From the NCBI GenBank assembly GCA_012270485.1, contig JAAXIF010000067.1:426-64425 (forward strand): a DNA stretch of 64,000 bases, written 5' to 3'. Source of the DNA: Sphingobacteriales bacterium. GTDB taxonomy: Bacteria > Bacteroidota > Bacteroidia > Chitinophagales > Chitinophagaceae. Shown piece after piece: positions 46,312-56,900 of the stretch. The translations under genes were made by a program, and so were the position numbers. The notes beneath the pieces are model-generated. The model did not search any database. It saw only the letters and a list, made by a program, of their open reading frames with translations, and had not been told where the DNA came from. Each line of letters opens with the position of its first letter. Within the stretch, counting starts at the first letter, position 1.

Positions 46312-46881
46312 ATGGAAGAGCAGGCAACAACACAGACACCCGTGAACGAAGAAACACAAGCCAATATTGATATCAATGCGGATGAGAATGCAGCTGGTAC
46401 TTCTCATTTGAATGAGCCGGTAGCAGAGGAAAATCAGTTGGAAAAACTGCAGGCTGAGTTACAAGAGCAGAAGGATAAATACCTCCGTCTCATGGCTGAG
46501 TTCGATAATTTCAGACGTCGTACTGCCAAAGAGCGTATTGAATTGATTCAAACAGCTGGGAAAGATGTGATTGTTTCATTGCTGGATGTGTTGGATGATT
46601 GTGATCGTGCAGAGAAACAATTGCAAAGCAATGATGATATTGCCGTACAAAAAGAAGGCATTCAATTGGTCTTTAATAAACTTCGTTCTAACCTTCAATC
46701 AAAAGGAGTGAAAGCCATGGAAAGTATCCATGCAGAGTTTGATGTAGAGAAACACGAAGCCATCACAGAAATTCCGGCTCCCACTGAAGAGTTAAAAGGA
46801 AAAGTACTGGATGAAGTCATGAAAGGATACTACCTCAATGATAAGATCATTCGTTTTGCAAAAGTGGTGGTAGGGAAATAA
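46312..46881 (+). CDS. grpE: Nucleotide exchange factor GrpE
   Basis: YLRLMAEFDNFRRRTAKE...GYYLNDKIIRFAKVVV. ATG at 46312. Confidence 0.95.
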   Translation: MEEQATTQTPVNEETQANIDINADENAAGTSHLNEPVAEENQLEKLQAELQEQKDKYLRLMAEFDNFRRRTAKERIELIQTAGKDVIVSLLDVLDDCDRAEKQLQSNDDIAVQKEGIQLVFNKLRSNLQSKGVKAMESIHAEFDVEKHEAITEIPAPTEELKGKVLDEVMKGYYLNDKIIRFAKVVVGK

Positions 46882-46883
46882 AG

Positions 46884-46974
46884 TTTGAATTTTTGATTTC
46901 TTGATTTTTCGATTCAATTAGTTAGGTCAAGAAAAACAAATCAAAAAATCAAACATCAAAAAATCAAAGATCAA
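46884..46974. repeat. GATTTTTGATT / AATCAAAAAATC word inverted repeat filling the grpE-dnaJ spacer
   Basis: TTTGAATTTTTGATTTCTTGATTTTTCGATTC ... CAAGAAAAACAAATCAAAAAATCAAACATCAAAAAATCAAAGATCAAA. Confidence 0.8.
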
Positions 46975-46975
46975 A

Positions 46976-48139
46976 ATGGCTAAAAGAGATTTTTACGAAA
47001 TATTGGGTGTGGGCAAATCAGCTTCTGCCGATGAGATTAAAAAAGCTTATCGTAAGGTAGCTATGCAATACCATCCTGATCGTAACCCGAATGATAAAGA
47101 GGCAGAAGAAAAATTTAAGGAAGCTGCCGAAGCCTATGAAGTGCTGAGTGATGCGGATAAGAAAGCCAAATATGACCGATATGGACATGCAGCTTTTGGT
47201 CCGGGTACCGGCGGTGGTGCAGGTGGTTATAGTAATATGGATGATATCTTCAGCCAGTTTGGAGATATTTTCGGTGATGATATGTTCGGAAGTTTCTTTG
47301 GTGGCGGCGGAAGAAGAAGTAGTGGTGGTGGTGGAAGAGCCCGTGGACAAAGAGGAAGCAACCTGCGCATCAAACTGAAATTGAATTTTGAAGAAATTGC
47401 GAAAGGAGTCACCAAGAATGTAAAAGTGAAAAAACATGTCTTGTGCAATACCTGTGGCGGTAATGGTGCAAAAGATAAAAATAGTGTTCAGAATTGTGGA
47501 ACCTGTGGTGGTAGCGGACAAGTGAGAAGAGTGACCAATACTTTTCTTGGACAAATGCAAACCGTAACTACCTGTCCAACTTGTAATGGTGAAGGTTCCA
47601 CTGTAACTGCTAAATGTGGTGCTTGTAAAGGAGAGGGTAGAATGTATGGAGAAGAAACTATTGGCATTGATATTCCGGCAGGTGTTTCTGAAGGAATGCA
47701 GTTAAGTATGAGTGGAAAAGGAAATGCAGGAGAGCGCGGTGGATTTGCAGGAGATTTAATCATTCAAATTGAAGAAGAAACACATCCTGAATTACAGCGC
47801 GACGGATTGAATGTTGCTTATGACCTTCATATCTCTTTTCCGGATGCTGTTTTCGGAACACAAGTAGAAGTGCCTACCATTGATGGGAGAGCAAAAATTA
47901 AAATTCCTGCTGGTACACAGAGTGGTAAAATATTTAGACTCAAAGGCAAAGGATTTCCGGAAGTACAAGGGTACAATAAAGGAGATCAATTGATTTATGT
48001 CAATGTTTGGACACCACAGCAAGTGAGCGATGAAGAGAAACAGATATTGGAGAAACTAAGTCATAGTCCTAATTTTAAACCTCAACCTACGAAGAGCGAT
48101 AAGAGTTTTTTTGATCGTGTAAAAGAAGCATTCAGTTAG
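46976..48139 (+). CDS. dnaJ: Molecular chaperone DnaJ
   Basis: J-domain DFYEILGV...YHPDRNP, a G/F region, and four CxxCxGxG zinc motifs. Confidence 0.97.
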   Translation: MAKRDFYEILGVGKSASADEIKKAYRKVAMQYHPDRNPNDKEAEEKFKEAAEAYEVLSDADKKAKYDRYGHAAFGPGTGGGAGGYSNMDDIFSQFGDIFGDDMFGSFFGGGGRRSSGGGGRARGQRGSNLRIKLKLNFEEIAKGVTKNVKVKKHVLCNTCGGNGAKDKNSVQNCGTCGGSGQVRRVTNTFLGQMQTVTTCPTCNGEGSTVTAKCGACKGEGRMYGEETIGIDIPAGVSEGMQLSMSGKGNAGERGGFAGDLIIQIEEETHPELQRDGLNVAYDLHISFPDAVFGTQVEVPTIDGRAKIKIPAGTQSGKIFRLKGKGFPEVQGYNKGDQLIYVNVWTPQQVSDEEKQILEKLSHSPNFKPQPTKSDKSFFDRVKEAFS

Positions 48140-49896
48140 TCTGATTTTCTTTTTTTCTTTGATGGGTTGTAAAGTTGCATGGCTTTCTCCAGCAGATGTT
48201 GAAATTCCTGTTGGAGGATATTGTTGGGTGAGACAGTATGTTTACTGAATAAAGCCACATCTTCCAACTGGAATCCCTGCGTGAACTTTGATTTTCGTAA
48301 AATATTGCCAAACATTGCAACAGCGGCGGCAAAACGATAGATACTATCTGTTTGTTCAATTTTTCGTCCGCGATACGGTGCTGTAAAATATTGTTCTTTT
48401 TGATTACCACTGAAAGGATCTTTAAAACGTAGTATTACTTCCGCTAAAGGTGAATTCGCGGAAGTACTGCTGTCTTTTGCAGGAATGATTTCAGCAATCG
48501 CCATGATGGCGTGTCCGCTGCCTATTTCTCCCCCTTCTAATGTACTACTGCTATCTTCTAATGCAGTTTTTTTATTGTCAAATCCTACCAGCCGATATGC
48601 TGCAACAGTTTCCGGATTGAATTGAAGTGTAATGGATGCATCATTGGCAACAGTAAAAATATTTTTGGTAAACTCTGTTACCAATACTTTTTCTGCCTCT
48701 CTGATTTGATCGATATATGCAAAATTACCATTGCCTTTTTTAGATAATGTTTCCAATTTGCTGTCTTTGTAATTACCCATTCCTACACCTAAGCAGGTAA
48801 GATATATACCACTCATTTGATAACGCGTAATGAGTTCTTCCAGTTCCTTTTCTGATGATTGTCCCACATTGAAATCTCCATCAGTCGCCAGTATCACCCT
48901 ATTGTTTCCCCCTTTGATAAAATTTTTCTTCGCAGTTTCATAAGCCAACTGAATGGCTCCAGCGCCTGGTGTATCACCTCCGGCAGATAAGGAATCAATG
49001 ACTTTTTTGATCAGATCTTTATGTTGTCCACCCGTAGGTGCCAATACCATCGCTACGCCGCCACCATATGTAATAATAGAAACAGTGTCGATAGGTCTCA
49101 GATTATTAATGAGTAAACGAAATCCGGATTGTAATAAGGGCAATCGATTGGGCTTATCCATCGAGCCGGAAATATCAATTAGAAAAACCAGATTGGAAGG
49201 CGGGACTTCATGGAGTGGAATGGTAGGTGCTTGTAATTGTAAGAACAATAGTTGGTGTTGAGGGTTCCATGGACAACTACTATGTTCATACGCATATGAA
49301 AATCTTTTTTCTGTCTGTAGGCTATTGGGTGGAAGTGGTAAACTGAAATAGTTCAGCATTTCTTCAATACGTACTGCATCTTGTGGAATCATCATTCCAT
49401 TATTGATGAATCTTCTGATATTGCTGTAAGAGGCATTGTCGATATTCAAAGAAAATCCTGTTTCAGGAAATGTTTTAGTTTTCATCAACTCATTCTCGAT
49501 GATGCTGGTATAACTTTCTCCCAAACCCAGACTATTGATGACAGCGCCTGTAGAGAAATTTTTTACAATAGAAGTTTTATAGTTTTTATACACTTTCGAA
49601 GTGCCCGAACTTGATTTCATCTGTAGTAGTTGAAACTGTCGGCTGTCAACATATATACTTAATGGATCATAGCCTTCAAAGCTTAAGTGGATACTATCTT
49701 TCACAGAAGGTATCGGGATACCAAAGGATCCACTTCCTCCCGAAAAAAAAATGAGACTGGGTTTGGAACTGATTTTTATTTTGACACCACTCAATAAAAC
49801 ACCTTGCTCATTTCTGATCTCACCGCGTAAATAATATTGAGCGTGTGCAGCATGGGTCAGCGATAGCAATAGCAATATCCAAATGAATGAGCGCAT
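48136..49896 (-). CDS. Secreted von Willebrand factor type A protein (YfbK-like)
   Basis: Signal peptide, CarboxypepD_reg-like N-terminus, and MIDAS motif [10 protein letters not shown]...TDGDFN. Confidence 0.8.
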   Translation of the reverse strand: MRSFIWILLLLSLTHAAHAQYYLRGEIRNEQGVLLSGVKIKISSKPSLIFFSGGSGSFGIPIPSVKDSIHLSFEGYDPLSIYVDSRQFQLLQMKSSSGTSKVYKNYKTSIVKNFSTGAVINSLGLGESYTSIIENELMKTKTFPETGFSLNIDNASYSNIRRFINNGMMIPQDAVRIEEMLNYFSLPLPPNSLQTEKRFSYAYEHSSCPWNPQHQLLFLQLQAPTIPLHEVPPSNLVFLIDISGSMDKPNRLPLLQSGFRLLINNLRPIDTVSIITYGGGVAMVLAPTGGQHKDLIKKVIDSLSAGGDTPGAGAIQLAYETAKKNFIKGGNNRVILATDGDFNVGQSSEKELEELITRYQMSGIYLTCLGVGMGNYKDSKLETLSKKGNGNFAYIDQIREAEKVLVTEFTKNIFTVANDASITLQFNPETVAAYRLVGFDNKKTALEDSSSTLEGGEIGSGHAIMAIAEIIPAKDSSTSANSPLAEVILRFKDPFSGNQKEQYFTAPYRGRKIEQTDSIYRFAAAVAMFGNILRKSKFTQGFQLEDVALFSKHTVSPNNILQQEFQHLLEKAMQLYNPSKKKRKSD

Positions 49897-49968
49897 TTGG
49901 CAGGGGTTTACATAACAAGTTAACGTAAAAATGCTGCTACTCTGTATGTATAAGGCGTTAAAGCCTTG

Positions 49969-50511
49969 TTATGCTTCGTCTTTGAGCTGATAGATTTCTC
50001 GAATATTCCTACCCAAACCATCATAATCCAGTCCGTAGCCAAGTACAAAACGGTTGGGGATGGTAAAACAGCAATAATCAATCTGTACCGGATACTTCAT
50101 GGCATCGGGCTTATGTAGTAGTACCGCCACTTTTAAAGAGAGTGGTTGTTGATTGACAAGTTGCGGCAGAAATTCACTGAGTGTTTTACCGGTATCAATA
50201 ATGTCTTCCAATATTACAACATGTCGGTTATTGATCTCTGTATCTAATCCAATGGCAGTAATAACATGTCCGGTAGATTTGGTACCCTTGTATGAAGCCA
50301 ATTTAATAAAGCAAATTTCAGCTTCAATCGATAACTCTTTGAACAAATCAGCAGAAAACATGAACGATCCATTCAAGATAGAAATGAACAAAGGTTTTTT
50401 ACCCTGATAATCTTTATCTAATTGAGCTGCCAGTTCTTTGATCTTTTTATGGATCAATGTTTCCGGTAAATAGGGAATGAATTCTTTGTCATGAACTTTG
50501 ATTACCTGCAT
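49969..50511 (-). CDS. hpt: Hypoxanthine phosphoribosyltransferase
   Basis: PRPP loop VVILEDIIDTGKTL, plus GYGLDYDG. Confidence 0.93.
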   Translation of the reverse strand: MQVIKVHDKEFIPYLPETLIHKKIKELAAQLDKDYQGKKPLFISILNGSFMFSADLFKELSIEAEICFIKLASYKGTKSTGHVITAIGLDTEINNRHVVILEDIIDTGKTLSEFLPQLVNQQPLSLKVAVLLHKPDAMKYPVQIDYCCFTIPNRFVLGYGLDYDGLGRNIREIYQLKDEA

Positions 50512-50518
50512 GGATCTA

Positions 50519-51691
50519 TTATTTTGTAGATTTCTTTTTTGTTCCTTTATTGATCTCAGTAGGGGAGCGTAAAAATAATTTTTGTCCGGCAGAAAGCTGA
50601 CTGTCTTTCTTTAACTTATTATACTCTAATAAACTCTCCATTCTAATACCTTCTTTCTGACAAACATCATGTAAGTTTTCACCCGCGGTTACTTCATGAA
50701 AATCAGAAGCACCTCTTTTTTGTTTTTTCTCAATGAAGAGTACCCGATCGATATCGAGTATGTCGATCTCAGATAATTCATTGAACTCAAAAAGTTTGCT
50801 TAAGCTAATATCATATTGATGTGCCAATGCTAACAAAGAAGTGCCCTCTTTAGCATGTACAGCTTTTGTATGATTGATGGTAAATACGCCTTCCGGATAA
50901 GCAACTATTTTCTTTTCTTCAGCAACAGTGCTTGTTTTTTTATCTGTCTCTTCTGTTGGTTTTATTTTTTTAACACTTGTATTAGCTGTTTGAAGCTCTG
51001 TTTGCGGGGCATCTGTTTCCTCTTTTACTACAGCTGTTTTTTGGGTATCATTTTTAATGGCAGCTTCATTTTTGATGGCAGGTACAGATACTTGCTCTGT
51101 AGTTACATGGGGGGCCGTTGTATTTTGTACTGATACTGTAATGGGAGCAGTTTTATTTTCCATCATAGCAATGCCCTGAATCGTATATTGATTCAAATGA
51201 TAGTCTTCAATGACGCGTAATAATTTTTCAGGATAGGTTTTATTCGTGGCATAACCTGCTCTTTTTAATCCGTATGCCCAACCTGTAATATCGGTTAGTT
51301 CTAATTTAAAGAGGAAAGAATAGTGTGGACGTGTCTTTAAAAAATCAGAATGATCGCGGTAAGATTCTTCCGGTGATTTATATACACGGAAACATTCTCC
51401 TTTTGCATCATCATCCTGGAATATTTTATCTCCGGTCCATTCAGTTTTACATTTTATACCGAAATGATTATTGGCATTTTTTGCCAGTGTGCTTTCTCCA
51501 AACTGTGATTCCAGAATACCTTGCGCCAACTTGATGGAAGCAGGTACGCCTGTGCGTATCATTTCCTGAATGGCAAGGTCTTTATAGCTATTGATATAAG
51601 CTTCTGTTCTTTCTTTCACACTGTTACTCTGTGCAACTGAAGTTATCAGTGCAGCGTTGAGTAGTGTGATCAATAAGAAGATTTTTTTCAT
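50519..51691 (-). CDS. Glucosaminidase-domain peptidoglycan hydrolase with two C-terminal LysM domains
   Basis: ASIKLAQGILESQFGESTLAKNANNHFGIKC, plus two LysM-like blocks (HAKEGTSLLALAHQYDISLSKLFEFN; VTAGENLHDVCQKEGIRMESLLEYN). Confidence 0.8.
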   Translation of the reverse strand: MKKIFLLITLLNAALITSVAQSNSVKERTEAYINSYKDLAIQEMIRTGVPASIKLAQGILESQFGESTLAKNANNHFGIKCKTEWTGDKIFQDDDAKGECFRVYKSPEESYRDHSDFLKTRPHYSFLFKLELTDITGWAYGLKRAGYATNKTYPEKLLRVIEDYHLNQYTIQGIAMMENKTAPITVSVQNTTAPHVTTEQVSVPAIKNEAAIKNDTQKTAVVKEETDAPQTELQTANTSVKKIKPTEETDKKTSTVAEEKKIVAYPEGVFTINHTKAVHAKEGTSLLALAHQYDISLSKLFEFNELSEIDILDIDRVLFIEKKQKRGASDFHEVTAGENLHDVCQKEGIRMESLLEYNKLKKDSQLSAGQKLFLRSPTEINKGTKKKSTK

Positions 51692-52341
51692 GTCGTTTTC
51701 TTTTTTACCATCAGTAATCCGTCTCTGATGGTGAGTAAAACCTGTTCAGTTCTAGGGTCTTGTTTCACATGTTCATTGAATGCATGTATGGCTTTGGCAT
51801 TCTTTCCACTAATAGGGTCTTCCAATACCTGTCCGTGAAACAGCACATTGTCTGCAAGAATGATACCATTTTCGGCTATACGTGGAATCAATTGTTCATA
51901 GTAGCCTATATACCCCGTCTTATCCGCATCAATGAAAACCAGATCCCATGGATGATTCAGCGTAGGAATGATTTCCCCCGCATTTCCGATGTGCAAATGT
52001 ATTTGATCCTTTCTGTAGCTTTTGCTAAAATAGTTCCGGGCTATTTGGGCATCTTCCTCCCTGCATTCGATGGTATGAAGTTCTCCATCGTTCTGTAGAC
52101 CTTCTACCAGACAAAGCGCACTGTATCCGGTAAAAGTTCCTATTTCTAAAACGTATTTTGGACGTAGAATAGTACTTAGGAAAGCAAGGAATTTTCCCTG
52201 AACCTGTCCACTCAGCATATGGGCATGGGGGTGATGGGCTTTTGTATACTCCTCAATCTCGGTCAACAACGCATCATCAGCCGAGGTAAATAGCTGTGCA
52301 TAGGCTTCTGCCTCAGGGGAAACGATCAGGGGGGTAGACAT
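51688..52341 (-). CDS. Class I SAM-dependent O-methyltransferase (family 3)
   Basis: VLEIGTFTGYSALCL..., FIDADK. Confidence 0.8.
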   Translation of the reverse strand: MSTPLIVSPEAEAYAQLFTSADDALLTEIEEYTKAHHPHAHMLSGQVQGKFLAFLSTILRPKYVLEIGTFTGYSALCLVEGLQNDGELHTIECREEDAQIARNYFSKSYRKDQIHLHIGNAGEIIPTLNHPWDLVFIDADKTGYIGYYEQLIPRIAENGIILADNVLFHGQVLEDPISGKNAKAIHAFNEHVKQDPRTEQVLLTIRDGLLMVKKKTT

Positions 52342-52365
52342 GGGGCAAAGATAGGGATAGGTGGT

Positions 52366-52397
52366 GGTTCATGGCTAATGGTTCATAGTCCATGGTT
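52366..52397. repeat. GWCYATR heptamer repeat (degenerate), copy 4
   Basis: g|GTTCATG|GCTAATG|GTTCATA|GTCCATG|gtt. Confidence 0.65.
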
Positions 52398-52638
52398 TTA
52401 GTGAGTAGGTAATAAAAAATTTTAAAATTATTTGTGAAACTGACTATGATTTACGATTTATCAATGTGTATGAAAAATTATTTTCTCTACATATTGATTA
52501 CTTGAATTGCGGCAAATTATATCCAATGATAATAGTGTCTTTTGCGATTTTTTAAATCTCATATAATTACTTGTCTAATCATGAAGATAATTTATTGATT
52601 TGAAATGATTTATAAATATTTTATATATATTCCAATAG

Positions 52639-52661
52639 TTATCTATATTGCATATAGATAA
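52639..52661. promoter_or_regulatory. Perfect 10-bp palindrome upstream of the AT-rich cassette (operator-like)
   Basis: TTATCTATAT-tgc-ATATAGATAA, 28 nt before the ATG at 52690. Confidence 0.4.
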
Positions 52662-52689
52662 TAAAATATTCATAAATAAAATATGAAAG

Positions 52690-53247
52690 ATGTTGCTTAA
52701 AATAGCTTTTGCTTTGATATCATGTAGTTTCTTATATACCTCCTTTTCTCAGGATGTGAAAAAGGATTCACAAAAGACTGAAACTAAAATGGATGTATTG
52801 GCATCTAAAACTGGTGTAATAGTTAAGTTTATTGATTATAAATTACCTGACTTAAAATTGTCTTATGGTTCGGTAGCTGAAACAAGAATAAGAAAGATTA
52901 TAAGTGGTACTGAGATAAAATTTTTTTATCAAATCGAAAGTCAAGGAAAATATAGTAGCAGTACTGCATCTATCGACTATACCGATTTAATTGATATTAT
53001 TAATGCTTTAAAAGCTTTAAAAAGTGAAGTTGATAAAGATGTTTTACTTAACCCAGACTATTTAGAAAATAAATTTTCTACGCTTGATGGATTTCAAGTT
53101 GGCTATTATGTAAGTAAAAATAAGGTTAGCTGGTATTTAAGACTTGAAAAGTATGGATCTGACGCAACGATTTTTATTAAAGACGGTGAAGTCATTGAAA
53201 ATGCTTTTAATGACGCGAGAATAAAAATAGAAGAATTGAAGAAATGA
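52690..53247 (+). CDS. Hypothetical secreted protein (AT-rich cassette gene 1)
   Basis: Signal peptide MLLKIAFALISCSFLYTSFSQ. No recognisable family. Confidence 0.6.
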   Translation: MLLKIAFALISCSFLYTSFSQDVKKDSQKTETKMDVLASKTGVIVKFIDYKLPDLKLSYGSVAETRIRKIISGTEIKFFYQIESQGKYSSSTASIDYTDLIDIINALKALKSEVDKDVLLNPDYLENKFSTLDGFQVGYYVSKNKVSWYLRLEKYGSDATIFIKDGEVIENAFNDARIKIEELKK

Positions 53248-53285
53248 GTTTTTATTTCAGATTACAACTCTAAAAAAAATCTATA

Positions 53286-54710
53286 ATGAGTTTTCATTCA
53301 CAATCATCAGCTTTAAAAAGGTATATTAAAGATACTTTTGAACAGTTTGTTTCACCAATAGAAACTGTGCAATGGTCAACATGGGAAACCAATGATGATA
53401 TGCCTGACGGGAAACATATCATTTGGGTAGGTTTTTATACTCTTTCTATGGCATTATCAAATATTGACAATCATTTTTCTATAGATGAAGTTGACTTTTT
53501 TCGTGATATAAAAAATATATTCGATGTAGAAGATTCTAACGTCGCAGCTTTACCATCAGAAAAGCTTTTACATATTTACAAAGATAATTTTGAAGAAAAT
53601 CGTCATTTGTTTGGAGAGATTAAGGTGCCAATTGCAGTAGAATATTTGGATATCTACGATAATGCTTACGGAACTGACTTTGGACAAAGTGCAAGAACTA
53701 TGTATTTCCGATTTGCTAATGCCTTTGTAAAAGCTGACGGGACTGTGAATGAAGCTGAAGTTGAAGCGCTTGAAAAATTAAAAAGTTTATTATATCCATT
53801 AGAAAATGATACAGTTGAAGTTTCAAGTATTTCGTTTGGTTCCCCAAAAAATGAAGAAACAAGCCCTCGTTCTTTTGATGAATTAATGGCTGAGCTAGAT
53901 AACTTAATCGGATTAAATAATGTGAAGAGAGATGTTCTTGAAATGATTAACTTTCTCAAAGTTCAACAATTAAGGGAAGCTAAAGGGTTGTCGGTTACGC
54001 CTACTACAAAACATCTAGTTTTTTATGGAAATCCCGGAACAGGGAAAACTATGATAGCAAGACTTTTAGCAGAAATTTACAAAGAGTTGAATGTCATAAA
54101 TAAAGGACATTTAGTGGAAACAGATAGAGCTGGTTTAGTAGCAGGTTATGTAGGTCAAACTGCTTTAAAAGTTCATGAAGTTGTTAATAGGGCATTAGGA
54201 GGGGTTTTATTTATTGATGAAGCTTATACTTTGAAAAGTGATAGTGGTGATTTTGGAGCAGAAGCAATTGATACTTTATTGAAACTAATGGAAGATAATA
54301 GAAATAATCTTATTGTTATTGTAGCGGGTTATACTGAAAAAATGAAGGCGTTTCTTTCAGCAAATCCTGGATTAAAATCGAGATTTAATAAATATCTTTT
54401 TTTTGAAGATTATTCTCCTGAAGAGTTAAAAAATATTTTTCTTAAGCTGTGCCAAGATGCTAGTTTTCATGTAACAGACACTGCTAAAGAAAAAATATTT
54501 GGAATATTTAATATTCTCTCCAAACATAAAGATGAATCTTTTGGAAATGCACGATTGGCAAGAAATATCTTTGAAAAAGCAGTGAATAATCAGGCTAATC
54601 GAATTATTGTTATTAGTGAAATAACAGAAACGATCTTATCAACAATAGAAGTATCAGATATTCCTGACGAATTAGAGATTCAGTTGTCTATATCATCAAT
54701 TTACAAGTAA
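53286..54710 (+). CDS. AAA+ ATPase of the CbbX/SpoVK type with ~230-aa N-terminal domain (possibly TerB-like)
   Basis: Walker A GNPGTGKT, Walker B VLFIDEAY, then LIVIVAGY and NPGLKSRF. The N-domain contains FANAFVKADGTVNEAEVEALEKL. Confidence 0.8.
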   Translation: MSFHSQSSALKRYIKDTFEQFVSPIETVQWSTWETNDDMPDGKHIIWVGFYTLSMALSNIDNHFSIDEVDFFRDIKNIFDVEDSNVAALPSEKLLHIYKDNFEENRHLFGEIKVPIAVEYLDIYDNAYGTDFGQSARTMYFRFANAFVKADGTVNEAEVEALEKLKSLLYPLENDTVEVSSISFGSPKNEETSPRSFDELMAELDNLIGLNNVKRDVLEMINFLKVQQLREAKGLSVTPTTKHLVFYGNPGTGKTMIARLLAEIYKELNVINKGHLVETDRAGLVAGYVGQTALKVHEVVNRALGGVLFIDEAYTLKSDSGDFGAEAIDTLLKLMEDNRNNLIVIVAGYTEKMKAFLSANPGLKSRFNKYLFFEDYSPEELKNIFLKLCQDASFHVTDTAKEKIFGIFNILSKHKDESFGNARLARNIFEKAVNNQANRIIVISEITETILSTIEVSDIPDELEIQLSISSIYK

Positions 54711-54746
54711 AAAAATAGTATGTGAATTTGTCGTAGTTCAGAAAAG

Positions 54747-56207
54747 CTAATTGTGTAAATTTTTTTTCTTCGAAATCAGCATCAATCCTGAGAAAGTAAT
54801 AGCTCCATTGATAATCAGGAGTTCCAATCCAATTTCGAAGGAGCCGAATATTTGTTTTTGGAATTTATCCAACATCAGACAGATCAATGGCGAGGCAATA
54901 CAAACGATGGGAACCAGTGTATCATTTACTGAACGTTTCAATAAAATACCAAAAGTAAAAAGACCTAATAATGGTCCATAAGTATAAGCAGCCACTTTCA
55001 ATATAACACCGATCATACTGCTGCTATCGATCCATTTATACACCATTACAAATAACAAGAATATTCCGGCAAATACGAGGTGTACTCTTTGTCTGATTTT
55101 TTTCTTTTGTGCGTCTGTCCAGTCATCTCTTCTTTGTAAACCAATGATATCAATACAAAATGATGAGGTCAATGCTGTAATGGCCCCATCGGCACTCGGG
55201 AATAATGCGGAGATCAGGGCGATGATGAATATCACAGATACCAAACTTGGCATATGGTTGAGTGCAATCGTAGGGAAGAGTTTATCGCCTGTTGCAGCTA
55301 TTCCTTGTGCATCGGCATACAAGTGTAAGAGTCCACCTAGGAATAAGAACAAACCGATTACCGCCAACATGATAAATCCTAAAGTCACTACATTCTTTTG
55401 TGAGTCTTTCAAAGTCTTCACAGAAATGTTTTTTTGCATCATCTCCTGATCCATTCCTGTCATGGTGATGGTTACAAAAGCACCTGCAAGAATTTGTTTC
55501 AGGAAAAAGAAACGGCTTTCAGGTTCAGTAAAGAATATTTTGGAATATCCTTTATCACCCATGGCAGCAAAGCTTTCAGAGATACCCATATCCAGCTGAC
55601 TCAAAATATACACCACGCAAATCACTAGTCCAATTAACATACAGGAAGTCTGTAATGTATCGGTCCATACGATTGTTTTTACACCTCCTTCATACGTATA
55701 CAATAAGATCATCGCCAGAATGATGAGTGTGGTTGCCCAGAAAGGCACATGAAAACTTTCCAGGATTGCATCTTGTAAAATACGCACCACCAAATAAAGA
55801 CGTGCAGTGGCACCCAGTGTTCGGGATAAGATAAAAAAGGATGCGCCCGTTTTATAGGAGTTCACTCCCAAGCGAGAGCTTAGATAGTTGTAGATGGAAG
55901 TGAGGTTCAATTTATAATACAGAGGTAATAATACAAATGCAATTACCATATAACCAATCAGGTATCCCAATGTAATTTGCATGTACGCAAATGATTCTTT
56001 GGCAACAGCTCCCGGCACACTTACAAAAGTGACACCACTCAATGAAGTGCCGATCATACCAAATGCCACCAGCATCCAGTTACTATTTCTGTTACCGATA
56101 AAGAAAGAATCGTTGTTACTGTTTCTTCCGGTATACCAGGCAACTACCAATAAGATTAAAAAGTAAATGATCACAAAGGAGAACAACAGGAGTGGAGACA
56201 TATCCAA
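54747..56207 (-). CDS. Sodium:solute symporter family transporter
   Basis: 486 aa with about 13 TM segments and an SSF-style N-terminus (WYTGRNSNNDSFFIGNRNSNWMLVAFGMIGTSLSG). Confidence 0.8.
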   Translation of the reverse strand: MDMSPLLLFSFVIIYFLILLVVAWYTGRNSNNDSFFIGNRNSNWMLVAFGMIGTSLSGVTFVSVPGAVAKESFAYMQITLGYLIGYMVIAFVLLPLYYKLNLTSIYNYLSSRLGVNSYKTGASFFILSRTLGATARLYLVVRILQDAILESFHVPFWATTLIILAMILLYTYEGGVKTIVWTDTLQTSCMLIGLVICVVYILSQLDMGISESFAAMGDKGYSKIFFTEPESRFFFLKQILAGAFVTITMTGMDQEMMQKNISVKTLKDSQKNVVTLGFIMLAVIGLFLFLGGLLHLYADAQGIAATGDKLFPTIALNHMPSLVSVIFIIALISALFPSADGAITALTSSFCIDIIGLQRRDDWTDAQKKKIRQRVHLVFAGIFLLFVMVYKWIDSSSMIGVILKVAAYTYGPLLGLFTFGILLKRSVNDTLVPIVCIASPLICLMLDKFQKQIFGSFEIGLELLIINGAITFSGLMLISKKKNLHN

Positions 56208-56360
56208 AGGGTTTATGGCGTTAATACGATCGTTCCCGATAAAGATAGGGGTTGTTTGCGTTTTATTGCAGGTTTTAGTTTTTAAAATTCATAAATAAAA
56301 TACATCCTCTAATATTCTGCAAACATATTCATGCTTACATTGCGACGTAAATTCAAATCA

Positions 56361-56900
56361 ATGCAGGTAAAGCATGTTGCAGTTTTTTGCGGTTCAAAAA
56401 ATGGGAATAACCCTCTTTTCGTGGCAGATGCCTCGAGATTGGGCAGGTTAATGGCTGAAAAGAAAGTAACACTGATCTATGGCGGTGGTAATAAAGGATT
56501 GATGGGTGCTATTGCCAATGCAGTGATGGAACATGGCGGAAAGGCCATTGGTGTGATACCGGAAGTGTTATTGGAATGGGAACATCAACATGAGGGTATT
56601 ACAGAATTACATGTGGTGAAGGATATGCATATTCGAAAAAAAATGATGTATGAATTATGCGATGCTGCGATTGTATTGCCCGGTGGTAACGGTACATTGG
56701 ATGAATTGTTTGAAATGCTTACCTGGAATACATTGAATATCCACAATAAAAAAATTATCCTGCTGAATTCAGCAGGATATTATGAGTCATTGATTGATCA
56801 TATTGAAAAAATGACCGCAGAAGGTTTTCTATATGAAGACTGGCGGAAACGTTTGATTGTGGCCGACAGTGTTGATGAAGCACTTACTTCTTTCGATTGA
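56361..56900 (+). CDS. LOG-family (TIGR00730) nucleotide phosphoribohydrolase
   Basis: VAVFCGS..., LIYGGGNKGLMG, LPGGNGTLDELFE. Confidence 0.88.
   Translation: MQVKHVAVFCGSKNGNNPLFVADASRLGRLMAEKKVTLIYGGGNKGLMGAIANAVMEHGGKAIGVIPEVLLEWEHQHEGITELHVVKDMHIRKKMMYELCDAAIVLPGGNGTLDELFEMLTWNTLNIHNKKIILLNSAGYYESLIDHIEKMTAEGFLYEDWRKRLIVADSVDEALTSFD

Noticed and set aside
48136-48139. Convergent overlap of the dnaJ and vWA stop codons, and a 17-nt convergent overlap of the LOG and OMP genes at 56884-56900
   Set aside because: These are real but common in compact genomes. No additional structure was seen, so they are not treated as findings.
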